Translations under genes and position numbers: made by a program | Part shown: positions 24,315 to 39,300 of the stretch, piece after piece | Layout: each line of letters starts with the position of its first letter | How positions within the stretch are numbered: the first letter of the stretch is position 1 | Notes under the pieces: generated by a model | Database searches by the model: none | Seen by the model: the letters and a program-made list of their open reading frames with translations, nothing else | What the model was told of the DNA's origin: nothing | Assembly (NCBI RefSeq): GCF_964355755.1 | Contig: NC_092670.1 | Coordinates: forward strand, 2,346,201 to 2,410,200 | Direction of reading: 5' to 3' | From: Antedon mediterranea | Taxonomy: Eukaryota > Animalia > Echinodermata | Length of the DNA stretch: 64,000 nucleotides

Positions 24315-27300
24315 CTGTGGAATTAAATATTTATGTCATAATATTACAGTCTACAATTTAAAATTTTAACTAGATTTGAACTCGTCACGTTGACGAGTTA
24401 GACTATCGCCCAACGCATCGTAACACGCACATGTTATTTATTATGCTTAGTCTACAATAGGCTGCACTACAACGATTGTAAAGAACAGCTGGAATACATC
24501 AAAATCGTTTAATAAGTGTCAACAGTTGACGGTATTAGCATTGTAAACGGTTTAGTTGACGGTTATTTTTTATTTTACACCACTCACGTTTATTCAATTT
24601 TTTGAAAATGATGACCTTTTCAAATTAAAAAAAAAAGTTCATAAGTCTAAAAAGGAATTATTTTAGTAATAAAATATTGAAAATTGGAAGAAAATTGATA
24701 ACGTTTACGCGGTATGCGCTCTATTGAATGTGACGAACTGTGTCGAAAGAGACAAAATCCCTATATTTTACATTTGTGTGGCCATACGATGACGTCACAA
24801 CAGCCCAGAGGTAAACATTTTGCATGAATTCATATCTACAATATATCTGCTTACATATTAGGTTAAAAAAATTGGGGGTCACCAGACATCCCGGAGAGCT
24901 ATAATCGATTCAAAATAGGCATATTTTTACACAAATTTGCATAAAATTACCAATTTTCAAGCGCACGATTTTTAAAGTTTGACGTGCACGTGTGTCATTA
25001 TTTTGCATTCATAATTCATCAAATATTAAAGTTGTATTGTCCCCCAAAACATGAAAAATGAAGATCAATTAAATCAAATTTTGAATAGACCATATTGTAG
25101 CTATAATAAAGTTGTTCACTTTCGCCGAAAAAAAATCCGAAAAAAATTATTAATTTCGCTAAGAAAAAAGCAAAATAAGTTAATCAATTTTCCCAACTTG
25201 TCAGCTCAAAATGTAGGCCGATAGAGCTAACTCATAAATATGCATGATATGTTAATGAGCATCGACACAGCTGGGATCTGATCTAACAAACATGGATGAT
25301 GCACGTTGTGTACACAACACCCACAGATCGACGCGACTCGACTGGGGGTTTCCCCTGATCGTATGTAAAGCTAAGCTGTTAATTTGTCGGTAAGTAGGCC
25401 TAGACGGTTATTTTAAATATAATAATTATATATATAACGCAAACTAGACAGACGTTTGTAATAACAGGAAGGTAATTAATTAATTAACTTAGCCTGGGAT
25501 TTTTTCAGGGCTAGGCCTAGAATAATACATGCATAGGCCTAGGCTAGTAGTAGTAGTAGTAGAGGAGGCAGGCTGCTGGGACAATCGGGTCTCTGCAGAA
25601 AATGCCCAGCTAGGCCCTATACATTGTACTCTTCATAGACTGGCCTAGGCTAGGCCATCAATCCGAAAATACAGCCAGCCTGCTGTACCATATACATAAT
25701 TTACAGTTGAATCTTGTTTAACTAGTTTTTATGATAAAAATAAAACAAACATTTTTTCAGGGAAAATGGTTACAATACAACTTACAAGCCTGAAGTTGAG
25801 AACCTTCCTCCAGCAGCACTGTACAAGTAGACAGAGGGGAAAAGCCAGCTTAGCCATTTTACCACACAAACTACTGTTCTTTACCATGTAACTCTGTACT
25901 GTAGTAAGTCAAATATTTGTTTTCTCTTTATTAAGTCTTAGTTGTAATGTGTTTTACCATAGAAAGTTAGTGTACTTATTTGTCAAAGCAAGCAATTTCA
26001 CTAGCCCACATTTTGCACTAAATGTGCATGATCTAGACCTATTTATAAATACCAAATTCCAGGTTTTCGTACTTTGCCGAAATTAAAAACTTTAGATTTT
26101 GTGAAATATTTAACTTATTTATACATCATTATTTAAACATTTTTATTTAAAGACGTTGAGCTGATGAAGACTGGAACAGAGGTCACATTTGTACTTCATA
26201 AAGACAACTGATGATAGACTCTGTATATGATTGGATATTGCAAGAAAAATATTTGTGATGCTGCATTCGGCCAATATGTTCCTGTTCAGCTTGTAAAATG
26301 TTGTACAGTATAATTTTTTTTATAAAGCAATAATATTTGTACAGTATATTATTTTGTAAACATAACATTCAATAAATAAAAAATACTACTACAACAGTAC
26401 ACAGAATAAATTCTTCAATTTTACTTACACTTCATAATGTTACTGTAAATATTACATTGCAAAAGGAGTTAATAAAAAATATATATAGGCCTAGGCCTAT
26501 ATACAGTTACAGTATATCTTATTGAATTCCTGTATTGTTTTTTGTGTCAATTTGTCTACTAATATCAATGTGTTGATTGTGGCAGTAATTACGGCAGCTA
26601 TAGTCTTCTAAGATCGCTCATATCCATTACAAAGTGTCATTTTAATAGTAAGAAATGTTTCAATAAATTGTGAATGTTGCCGATACATTTTGTGTTTCTC
26701 ACTACTTCACTTGCTCTTATTGTTCAATCAATGTTAATACCTGAAAAAAAAGAAGAAAATTGTGTCAAATATCTGCATAAAATGGTTAATTGTGCAAATG
26801 TTGATTTGAACCTATTGCATTTGATGCAGAAAATATTTTTAAAATACTGTACAGTAAACATTCAAAACAATATTTAGATTTATTTGGTAATTTTCTCTGC
26901 AGAATAGATAGTTGAAATCCTAACAAATTAAACCAATTTATCAGGATGCCAAACAAAATTATAAAAAAAAAATACATCCCTCCTGGTGGTGGTCTAGCCC
27001 TAGCTAGTAGTGTACTGCCTAGCCTAGGCCTACTACCTCTACTTATAGAAACAGGAGGCAGCAGTAAGGCTACTCGAGACTGCCTGCCATGTGGTTGTGC
27101 TAGTTAGTACTAGGCCTACTAGTATGTAGTAGACTAGTATACAGTAGCAGAAAACTCGGGCCTAGGGCCTAGGCCTAGCTAGGCCTCTCCTGCTAGCGAA
27201 ACAAAAACTCACCTAAATGAATAAGATTCAACATCAAAGTTACCAACTGCAGTTCTACTTAGTATTCTGCTAGCTATAGTTTTCGTGTTTTCTTCAAGAT

Positions 27301-30300
27301 CGTCTCGCGTCACTACTCGACTCTCTCTATGCATTGCTATCGTCGCGTTGTTGGCTGTTTGTTGAGAGAACCATCATCCACAAGATGTATCCATACAATA
27401 TGAATATTTATGAGCTAACTCAGGTCAAGGGTTAAATTAAACCGGAACACGTTTGTCTTCCAGACAAATAGCTTCCGGTTGGTTAATTTTTGCTTTAAAT
27501 TACGATTTTCTCGAGTAAAACATTTTTTTTTTCGATCCAATTTCAGTTCAAAGTGAATAACTTTTATGTGCAATTAAAATGGCCTATTCAACAAAAATAT
27601 TTAAAAAAAAAATGTTTTCAGGGGGACAATACATCTTTAAAGAAATATATCATAAAACTATGAAAAACAATAATCAAGCGCAAAAACGGGCTTTCTAGGC
27701 TGCGTACGAGCGAAGTGCGCAATAGCGCGCGCGCAACGCAAATTTTTTTGAAAAATGTGAAATGCTTAAAATGTCCTGAAACGTGTAGAAAGTTGATTAG
27801 AAATTGATTTTGAGCATTTTTAACTTTCAAAGCGCGCGTACGCGCGATTTGACCAATGTTCAAAATTTTGCTGATGATACAGGAAGATGACCCTTGACAT
27901 GAAGCATACGTGTGTTAAGTGGTATTTAAAAATAGCTATTGGTTTTCAAGTTATAGTCAATCTAAGAATTTTAGAAAATCGTGCGTAGTTACGCTACGCG
28001 ACCATATTTTCATTAAACCAAAGTTTGTTGCACAACTACATATATACGTGCATCTGCTGGCCAAGTTACAACATAACTGCTACCGCCGTTTTTGAGATCT
28101 GCGTGACACAAAAATTGAGCAGAAAAAATGAAATTTGTGACAATAACAATAGGCTATCGCTCTACAGAGAGCGATAGCCTAAAAAGTAAAAAAAGGCAGT
28201 CAATCGAACTAGTTAAAACTAGAATTTTGTTTGAAAACATAAACATTAAGGTTGATACTATAAAAAGCTGACAACGTTACCCCTAGGCTAAACAAACAGA
28301 TGCAGCAGTAACCAACCTTCTTTTAATTGTTCTGTAAATACAATGACTTTTCCTTCTTTATGTTGATAGACATGTCTTGTACACAGGTCATTGCTGAGTT
28401 TGACAAGTTTTTGTTGTCTTAATGCATCGACCATTTTAGTTATCTGGTTTTCACTATTTCTATCTCTCCAGCCAACCAGTGCATCCATCATGCTATCTTT
28501 AATGTCCTTGTTATTATCTCTGATATTGTTAAGATCAAACCATTGAATTCCAAGTCGCACTGTTAGCCTTGTCCATCTTGAGTCTAACTTATCGCAGATA
28601 AATAACATGTCTTGATCATCAAAGGAATCTAGATAGTGAATATAGAATTGGGCAAGTAATAATGAGGCTATTTTCATTTTTTAGGCAAATTGCCAAGGAT
28701 AACCACAAGTGAATTCATTCACTCACTATCCTTCTCAAAGGTGGAAATCCCATTCACAAGACAAACATATACACAAGATGCTCTACATAGACATTGACAA
28801 AGACTTATTATTACAAGTCTTTGGGAGTGGAGTTACAAATTGTCATGAGAAAAAATCCTGACATATGACAGGACTTGAACCCTTTTAATAATGATACAGC
28901 TCAAAAACTTCATAAGCATGGTGCTGATAATATCCCATAATAGGTACACAAATGATTGTGGGTGGGTGCTATAAAATGTCATTTCCCCTTCATAATATTC
29001 ATTCATTCATTCATTCATTCATTCATTCAATCTTTTATTTCGGAAACTCTGGTCCATAGAAAGTAAATTACATATAAATGAAATAAATAAATAATGAAAT
29101 AAACAAAATTACTACTACTCATCTCAGGATGGCATTCCATCTGGAGAGTATCTTCGACTTAACTAAGATGTTGCTTGTATCCGTAGGCAAGATAATTTAC
29201 TTACGTTTGCCTCTCTCCAGGTGTATAAATGGGTACCCGGTTAGATCAAGAGACAACTTTGCGCTGATTACTAGCTGCATTATGGTAGTATGTTTCCATA
29301 CGTGTTTGATCCAAAAAAATGACTGAAGTAATAATGTTCAGCGCTTAGAGGTTTCACAACATTAGGCGCTATATAAATCCAGGATATTATTATTATATAT
29401 AAATGTTCATTAGAATCCAATTAAACTGTTACAGTCATTGTCACTGTCTGTCCTTGTTTGTCCAACCATCTTTTTTAGTTGTTTTAACAAGTTTTCTGAC
29501 GTGCCATCAAACTACCACTATGATAACCCTGTAAAATTAGTATTAGGGTCTGTTCTATACAACAACCTAATTTAACATCGGTTGGTGTATAGTATAAACA
29601 TAACAGAAAGAGAAAGGGATTTAAAAGGGTTAAAATTCATGTATGAACAGTTTGTGTAAAGTAAGAAAGGTGTTGAGAAAGCCAAATATGATTTCGTCCT
29701 GCAGTGGAAAGAAATAGGTTAAGAAGAAGAATAAGAAGAGATGTGGAATTAGTTTATGGTGGGAATAATAATTTGTATTGTACCTGCTTGTTTTTTTTCC
29801 TCATCTCTTTTGTCCTCCATTTCCCTTAACTGCAAATGTTTTCTATTACTATTAGCAAGATCATCTCGTCCATGTTGCACTAAGGCTCTACAAAATTCTT
29901 CAAGTTGAATCAGGTTTCTGTTGTTGGTCCTCCAATACATCATCATTTCTTCTGCAGATTTATTTGTTGTCATTTCACTACCAAACCTATTTTTCACTTC
30001 ACACCAACCAAGCCCCAAACGAACACCAAATTGTTTCCAGCCAAGGATTTTCTCTGACACTTCTTTAATAGTTTGATCATCCACATAACCTACATAATGA
30101 TTTGTATCAAATATGCATAACTTGAAAATAGACAAATTTATTTTATATAAAATAAAGATATATTTATAATTTAAAAAATTGTTAAACTACTCAAATTCAC
30201 CATTTTTGGATTTTATACCCTAGAAATGTTAAATTTAAAACAGTTTACCTTCATTGTGAGACTTTGATGACAGGGCTAAAAGGTAAATAAACAAATGTAT

Positions 30301-33300
30301 CAACCAAATGTGCACATATTTATTTATTTGTTTATTATTTATTTATGTTATTGGTCACATGTAAACATAGCTTGTGTTACAATACATATTTATGCAAAAC
30401 ATTGCCTAAAATTTCACTTATCAGAAAAACAATGAAATTCATCTGATTAATATAAATTTTACATTTTACTTAAATGCTAACATATATATACTGTACAATT
30501 GTATGTAACATAATATATACAACAATATGTATACAATTTTGTTGTTTTCATATTTATATTACACATACCTTCTTCCTGAGACTGTTGGTTAGCTATAAAA
30601 ATAATAATAATAATAGATTTAATTGCATATTGTTATACTATGAGTATTAAATATAAGAGAAAGGCATGAATTTCAGATATAAAATTTGGTTAAATAATAC
30701 TGATAGATAAATTAAAAACATGCAGCAGAAATAACACCGAAAAAAACATGACGTAGGTATGCCTATAGGATGGATTCATTTTTGATATGCATGAAATTAA
30801 AAATCGAATATAGAAATGCATGATAGACATTTTTTGGCCGCACCTTTCAATGTGTGAATCTGATACTGCCAGGGTATTTCTTTTGTTATGTCGTTTGCCT
30901 TATTGCGTCCACTTTTCAAAACGAAACGAGCTACCGTATCAAGTTTACCACCACCCCGGTGCCTGGGACGAAATGACACAACACGGATCCCGAGACAACA
31001 TTTCAAACCTTATATACAGAAGGGCACAATAGTCACGGTCCAAGCACTGACACGAATCTACAATGTTCCAGAATGGAGGTGCTCTCCACAATTCTGCTTG
31101 GCCTACGAAGAGGAGACTGGGCAGCCTCAATAGATCTCAAGGATGCGTACTTCCACGTACACATCTACGAGGCTGATCGACAGGGTGAAATTCGGGCGCT
31201 GGCAGCATTTCTGCATCGACACGGCATCCGAGTACACATGTACCTCGACGATTGGTGGGTTGTAGCCCAGTCCAGCTACTTAAATTTCGTCCTTGACGCA
31301 ACAGTAGGTTTCTTAATAAATCGGGACAAGTCGTGCCTGCTGCCGACCATGGAATAAGGAATAGAAGGATATGCATCAGTTTGAGATCAAAGCTTTCATG
31401 ACTCTAGCCAACAGAGCGTGGACCGCCCACAATGTTACAAAATAAACACAGTTTAATTAGCCGTCGTTAACAACGAAACGTGCCTAATGTATTGTTTACT
31501 GCACATGCTCAACAACCTTTAACCTTGTTGGCTATGCTTTCGCGCGCTCTTATTTTGGTAGCGTGATTAATATTTTATATATTTAGCGCTAGCTGCTATG
31601 GCGACGAATTTTATATAACTTTTCTGAATCCGAATTAAAAGGTCTCCCAGAAATATTATAAGAGTATTTAATAAATGTAATTACAAGATTAAATACAAAT
31701 TGTTTGTAAATTGTAGTACCCTTTGGGTTTAAAAAAAAATTATTTTGCCATGTTCGAAATCTGCCGCGATTGATCTACGCTAATGTTTTTATGACCTTAA
31801 AGTAGCATTTTATGACCTGTAGTATAGCCCTAAATCTGAGACAACAACTAGTTGTTTTCTCAGCCTACATGTAAAATTACAAAATCAGCAAGGATACTAG
31901 GCCCAGGCCTTCTAGGTTTACTAGTAAACCCTATGATTTGCGGGACATTGATATAGGCCTAGGTAGGCCTATTGGTAGGCTAATCGTAAGTGTAGTAGCT
32001 ACAACGTGTAATCATGATCTATATACTCATCGTTGTCTACTTCGTGTGGGAATAATAATACAGTAATAAAAGACAAGGTAGGCCTACTTTTATGCTTCGT
32101 TTGTTCATGGTTAAGTTTGCCTTGCGTCCACTTTTCAAAACGAAACGAGCGCTAGAGAGTAGTAGAGTTAGTGGTGACGTATCGCTACTATACATAGACA
32201 GCCAATCCCGGATCAGGGATCGCAGTTTTCACTCAATTAGGCCCAGTGATTGGATGTGATGTGGGTGACATAACCACTAGTCAATCACCAGGCACTACAA
32301 TTTAAATATAATCACATCGATAATTAAAGAGATTTATGAAGAAACCACTGCTTAGCCATATATTAAAAACACGATTGTTTTATGTGTGAACACCGGCCAC
32401 GCTAACAACATACATGGTCAAATGCATAATTTAATATTCTATAGATTAACGCACTTTTTAATGGCAGGAGGTGGAAGGCCAATATGATAATTCAAATATA
32501 AAAATTGCATATTTTATTAATATTACCAACTACTTAAAATTACCGGTCGTAAGAAAGTGAACTTTTCGTTGTTCAGCAATATATTGTTGTTGTCAATTAA
32601 TCATCGACGCAGACATGTCAATAGAACAATCAGACTGCGCATACGATTTCTACATGGCTACGTTTTGATCTCAGCGTTCTATAGAGGGCCGCGGTTAGAG
32701 ACACAGAGTTCAATGAGCGTGTTTGTTTGATTGGTAGCAGTGCTTTAGTATAGGCAAGCGTGTTGGAAAATCGTTTGATGTCACTGTCGATGCATATCCT
32801 TCTATTCTTTAATCTATGTGCCGACTCAGTACCTGTAATACCTTGGAGCCCGGATCGACCTGAACATATGCATGACTCGCCTGACCGAAGTGCGAGTAGC
32901 CTCGGCGCAGGCAGCTCTGACCGGCCTGCTCGCGAGTTTAGCCCCAACGGTATTCAACTGGATCGAGCAGGACTCTGGGCTTCCTCAGCAGCTTCGTCGA
33001 CCTACTTCCGTTCTGCCGGTTTAGAATAAGACCGTTGCAACTTCATCTTCTGGCGTTATATCGCCCCACTTCAGACAAAGTGTTGCCAATGTCCCCATTC
33101 GTTGCGACACACAAAAACACTGCCGGCCGTTCATTCCTGAGGTTCACGTCAGACATACGAATTACGACCGATGCCTCCGAAATTGGATGGAAAGGGCACT
33201 CGGATATACAGCACACTTCCGGCTTCTGGTGCAGTGCAGTGCACGCTAATGGCCCTCGTATCACTCAGTACGATTTTTAGATTTATAAAATGTAAAAATG

Positions 33301-36300
33301 TTTAGTATAGATAGTGACAACTTGTTTATATAGGTATATGCTGTGTAAAGCCACACTGTCAAACTTTATGTGACAAAAAAATGTGATGTGACAAAAAGAT
33401 GTGATGTGATTTGATGCCCATATAGAGACTTGATGATGTCATATCACTACCATATTTGACCATATACTACTATATGGGCGCATCATACTTTTTAAAATTT
33501 GATAGTGTAGACAAGACTTGAGTAACATTTAATTTTTTTGTTGTGCGCGAAACTATGAAAAACTCATAATTGGGTTACTTTTATTGTACTGTTACGATTT
33601 ACATATTGTAATTTGAAAAATGTTCTTGGTACCATATATACTAAACATACATAGTTTCAATCAGCTTAGTATTAAAACATTGAAATTGACTAAAAATGCT
33701 GGCAGTGGCAGTTTCTAACGGGAAAAATCTCTGGCAGTCAAAGTGTTAACATAATACTAATAACATTAATAAATCTAGTCAACTGTACTAAACTTGTTAG
33801 GCTGTGAAACGTTGCTTTTATTATCAGTCCGAATGATGGTATTGTGACAATTGGCCTGTGACGGGATCGAGGAGCTATTTAAAACGATTAAATGATTAGA
33901 ATCGACTTATATTTCACATTTTTACCGTTTAAAGACGAAAACAATTATTACATTAGGCCCATGGTATTTAACTTGACATAAAATGCAGTTTGTGAGCTTA
34001 AATTATTAAAAAAAACTATGTAGTTAAGGAAAACATAGTATATAATTGTAGATTGTCTTCAAATTAATAACAAATTTTTGATAGCATACTTCTATGGTTA
34101 TAGAAATTAAAGTAGGTGATCTGTTAAAGGATCCAGAACATGCAGATGCCAGGATGACCCAACAATGAGATTTTAATTTAGAAAATCCTATTAAAATATT
34201 CTTATCCTCATTTTGAGATTATAATGTAGCTATCAAAATAAATGAAGTTTAATGTATCAACAAAGTAATTGATTACTGCAAGTAAAAACAATTGATAAAT
34301 AAACAAGAATTCCATTTACCTTTTGGTAATACATCTTCACCAAACAATTTACGGTAAAGTTTAACTTCCATTTTATTGCTTCCACAAGGTAACTCATCTT
34401 TGTCAAACTTGCGAATAAGATGCATATGAGCATTTTCAATGTTTGTACTAAATGCACAAGGGATGTACATCCTTTCTTCAAGACCTCGAGCATCCTTCTG
34501 ACTGAATACTTTCAACTCTTCTTTAAGGAAATGAAGAACCTAAAGAATATTAGGAAGTCCATAATAAAATAACACAATTTTATATGCTAATTATTTTGGT
34601 ACTGATGACCTATAAATGTATTTTTGATATTTTTAAAATTCTAAACAAAAATACCTATCACTGTCATAGATTTATTTAGACATTTCAATTTTATCATATT
34701 AAGTTCAGTAAAATTTAATTCAGTGCAAACTTCAGTGCGCGCAGCTTTCACGCTCCAGAAATTTCACTGCAGACTTTCAGTTGTTTGGACGCTTCCATTA
34801 TTGATAGGGTAGTCACATTATAGTTTCTTCAATATTTGGACTTATATGATATGTAATTTTAAATGTATATTTATATGTGATAGTTGTATAGCTAATTTAC
34901 AATCTGGTTGCAAGACGGACGACGGACACGGAATATAATTTTCCTATCCTTTCTACAGGCTTCTAAAATCATGTTCATAATCATTTATACAAAAAACAAA
35001 AAAAATTTTTCCGACGTCATTTTTCAACCAATAGAAATAAGTTTTATATAATTTTCATGAATATTCATTTAGAAATCTAATTCCGCTTGAACCAGTGAAA
35101 TCCTAACAGTAGTTTTCAAACTACAATGGGTTTAAGTGCATGGACCACAAAGTACGGGTGGCTACACTGTAAAACTGGATTTAACACATATTTAAGTAAT
35201 TTATGAAATAATATGAAGCTTCCATTTCTACTTATTTTACCGTTTGAACCATTTAAATCCGACGATTATTAGCGGAGAAAACTAAAAAAACTGAAAAATG
35301 GTGATTTTTGCACATGTCGCTTATTTAAAAGGTAAAGGTGAGTCCCGTGTTCTCTGAACGTAGGGGAATGAGCTGTTAGGAGCTCATTGTACTAAGCCTC
35401 GGCATTATGTGGTAGGGTGGCCAGGTACTCATTTTACAGCTGAGTGGACTGGGAGTTGTCGGGCATTGAACCCGGGTCTATCTGTACGACAGTCGAGTGT
35501 CCTAACCACTCGGCTATCCAACTCCTCTAAAGGATTAAAATTGATATGAAAAACTCATCATTTTCCTTTACTGTGAGTATGTACCCTAAGAGGCCTTTTG
35601 TGTTGCAATGCAATGACAGTGTCTGAGATGGACTTGTACACTGGGGTGGGTAACTCACTCTTCCGAAAGATCAACATGGTTTATTTATGTGTTTATGTGT
35701 TTATTACGCTGGATCTCCAAGAAGACTCTCCCACCAGGACTATAGTCAAGGAGTGCCTTGAATTTGTTGATTTTATGGCTGTGGTTTATGGCTCCCTTGC
35801 CAATCAACAACTGAATTTGTTCCTGTATTATCACTTTCATATCTACTAGCCTACCTTCTTACAGACTTCAGGTAGTGGCTTAATGTCATCTTCTAGAGAA
35901 CTATCGGCATTGATGCTCTTTGTTCTGACTATTGTTGTCTGAAATATAAAAAATGAACCTTGTAAATCGTAGTTTGACACACTGTCTTGTATTTTTTATA
36001 ATGGATTGATGCTTGTTATTTCATTTGTCTGAGGTGAATACATTTAACAGATTATAGCAATCCATACAACAGACATGATCTTGATATATTATATTGTACA
36101 GATATATTTTAAATGTTTATGGGGTGAACATAGCCAAGGCAAACCTTTCATTTGTGTTTTTAATGTAGAAGATATGTGATTAAAATTGTTTTAATGAAAG
36201 TTATTGGTTATTTTTGCTGTAGAATACTAAATTATAGGGATTAAAATTTAAAAATGTATGACATAGCACTGGGTCTTTTATTTCTAGCTTTTGCTACTAT

Positions 36301-39300
36301 ATATCAAGTATGCATTTCAAAAATTTACCTGTAACATACGGCAATGTTTGATGGTAGCGACATATAGAATGACTAGATGTTCAGCATCAATATTCAATTC
36401 TACATGCTCATACGATACAAGAGGTTCAACATCTTCCATTTGGAATTTCTCAATGAATTTGGTTGCAGCACGTTGAAAGAGATCATCTGGAAGATAGCTA
36501 CCAAAATCATGAAAGAGTGAAATTGCCCGCTTGTCTTCAAATTGAGGCGGTGGTGAGGCTTCTGGTTTAAGACGTGAGAGAACGTAGAAAATGTTTTCGT
36601 CATTCTATAAAATGGAGAAAAAAAATATATCTAGTAGATGGATATTTTTTTTAAGAAGATGAATTTAATACTTGAATGCATTCCTGGTTTCAATATCAAT
36701 ACCTTTTTACTAGCACACATTAAACCAAACTTTTCCATGAGAGACACAAAGAAGTTAAAAGTCTCATCAGAATCACAAAACTCTTTCCACAGATATTTTA
36801 ACAAACCAACTTCTAAAATGCCAGTGTCCAGTCTTTGCCAAGCTTTCCACATTACTGGCTCCTATTAAAAAATAAATAAAATTCAGTGTAGTTTTCAATT
36901 AGTCAAATTATTTGGGAATATTTATTAAGAACATTAGTAAGAAGATGTTTTAATAACTCTGAATAAAATTAGGATATTGAGAATATTGATTCTTGTATTA
37001 CTGTATACCTGTATATTTATTTGTACAGTTAAATAACAAATTTCACAAAATTGTTATTGTAATGATTGTACACTGTACCTGTTGATACTGAAATAAAATT
37101 ATTTCCTAATAAAATTAAGTATGTTTTTTTTTATATTTTTATAACAAAAAAAATCTTACTTTTCACCTTTTAGCATGATGCATACTGGATTTATATATAT
37201 AGATACTAGAATAGAAATACAGATGGAGAAAGCAGTGTCAAAATACTTATTTTCTAACCATATTTTCAGGCTCTTTAACAGTGATGAATGTTTTTGACAT
37301 GTCAACTAGTTTCATCAAATCTATAACTATTATATCTCTTAGTGCCTCATCATCTGGGTAGTAGAGAATCACGCCAATGTCATGTAAATACTCGAGCAGG
37401 AATCGCTGATTTTCTTCACAGTCTTTTAGTAAATTGTGTACCTGTAAGAAAATAGGTTCATAATAAACATTTACAATCTGAAATAACTATAATGATTTTA
37501 GTACTTTATTTTCATCATTTTTGTAATTAATTTCTGAATTGCATCTATTATATATATATTATTTATAAATGTATAACATCATCAGTATAATGAAGATGCA
37601 ACATTACAGTCAATTCTATCCAAATACAGATCAAAATGGTATTTATTTTAAAAAAAAGCAAGTAATATGAATTGTTTATAAAATACTTTGTTTTCCATAT
37701 GGCAGTGATATAATAGTAATATTTGAATTTACAGAAGCGTTTATTGCTTTTCAGTGTGTACCAATTTCTTAATAATATTACATCAGCATATTTTTAAAAC
37801 GATTATTTTCATGCTTGTATTTCACCTTAGAAGCTTGTAAATAGATGTGCTCTTTTTTGAAGCTTTGGATTTCCTGCTGTCCTCGCAGCCATTTTATTGG
37901 CAATGTACGGATCATTTTCTTGGAAAAGTCCAGTATATGTTTCATGATGACAGAAGCATTGCTCTGTGCAAATGGTACACTGTTTTCAATGGTAAAGATA
38001 GTTGAAAACACCATAGCCGCATATGGTTTGTCTTTTAGGGCTTGCCATATTCTTTCCTTTATCTCTGCAAGCTGTAATAAAATTAATCATGTACATTTTG
38101 TCAACAGAATGATTATCTAACATTTATTAATTTCAAAAGTAAAAAGTTTAGTTAACATTTACAGTGAATATTCTTTATGTTGTTTTTGAAAAATATTAAT
38201 ATCAAATGATTTCCCCAGTTTACAATTATCAACAACAGAACAAATTATTTAGGACTTTGTAAAATAGAGTCTATAATGTTAAACATTCATTATACCTTAT
38301 GCTTCCTTTCTGCTTCATTTCCTTGAAGGCCATTTAAATGTGTACCTATCAGTAATACAGGAGGACAAGGCTGATCATTTATCTTTGCGTCAGGTCTACT
38401 GTTTGTGTATATGGAACGAATCCAAGAAAGAATAAACTCCAGATTTGTCATTCGATGTGGATATGTTTGACCCTAAATTTAAAAATACAATAGTAACATC
38501 TCAATCTCTTGCATTATTCTAATGTAGTAATACAGTTTTTTTAGTTTAATCTGCAAATAAACTCTTACCACATATCTTTGTGGTAGTAGACAATCACACA
38601 TTTGAAGCTTAGAAGCAAGTTCACCAGACGTATCCAAGAGAGGTATTCAAACATTTTTTAGGAAATGAAATTAATAAAATAGTTTGTTTTATGAATTATA
38701 TCATTGAGAATTCTTATAAAGCTAATAGTATAAATATAGTATTGTGACCAAATTATAATTTAAAACAAACTTATTATGATGCTGCTTACAGTTGTTGGAT
38801 CCAAAACCTTAGCTGGGGCATCAAGATCATCACAAAGGTTGAATACTACACAAATAACAGCAAAAGATACCATGAAGATCTATGAGATTAATAAAACAGT
38901 GATATTAAATAAATGGTGAATATAAACAAATTCTTTAATACCAATGACATTTAAATTTGGAATTGTTAGTGTAGTGTTTTAATTTTTGGACAGAAGAATG
39001 TTGTCTATACTGCTACTAAATTTATTACAGATTTGTGATAGAGATATTTGACCATATTGCTAAAATTCGTAAGGATAACATGTTACTTGTTGATTTTTTT
39101 ACTATATTAGTGTTGGCTTTTCCTAACTTTTGATTGTCTTATTAGAGAAAGACCTGTACAGGTAGAACTAACACGTTGACCCTTTTCTCACAGAACTGTG
39201 TGTTGGGAATATATGTGGAATATACTATACATGATTTTCTGTCAGAATGGGTTATGCAGGCACCATGAAGAATAATCTATATCCAACTTAAAGTTGGTAT

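Noticed and set aside
29430-29530. Extra exon between death domains 1 and 2
   Set aside because: Every acceptor tried gives an in-frame stop in phase 1.
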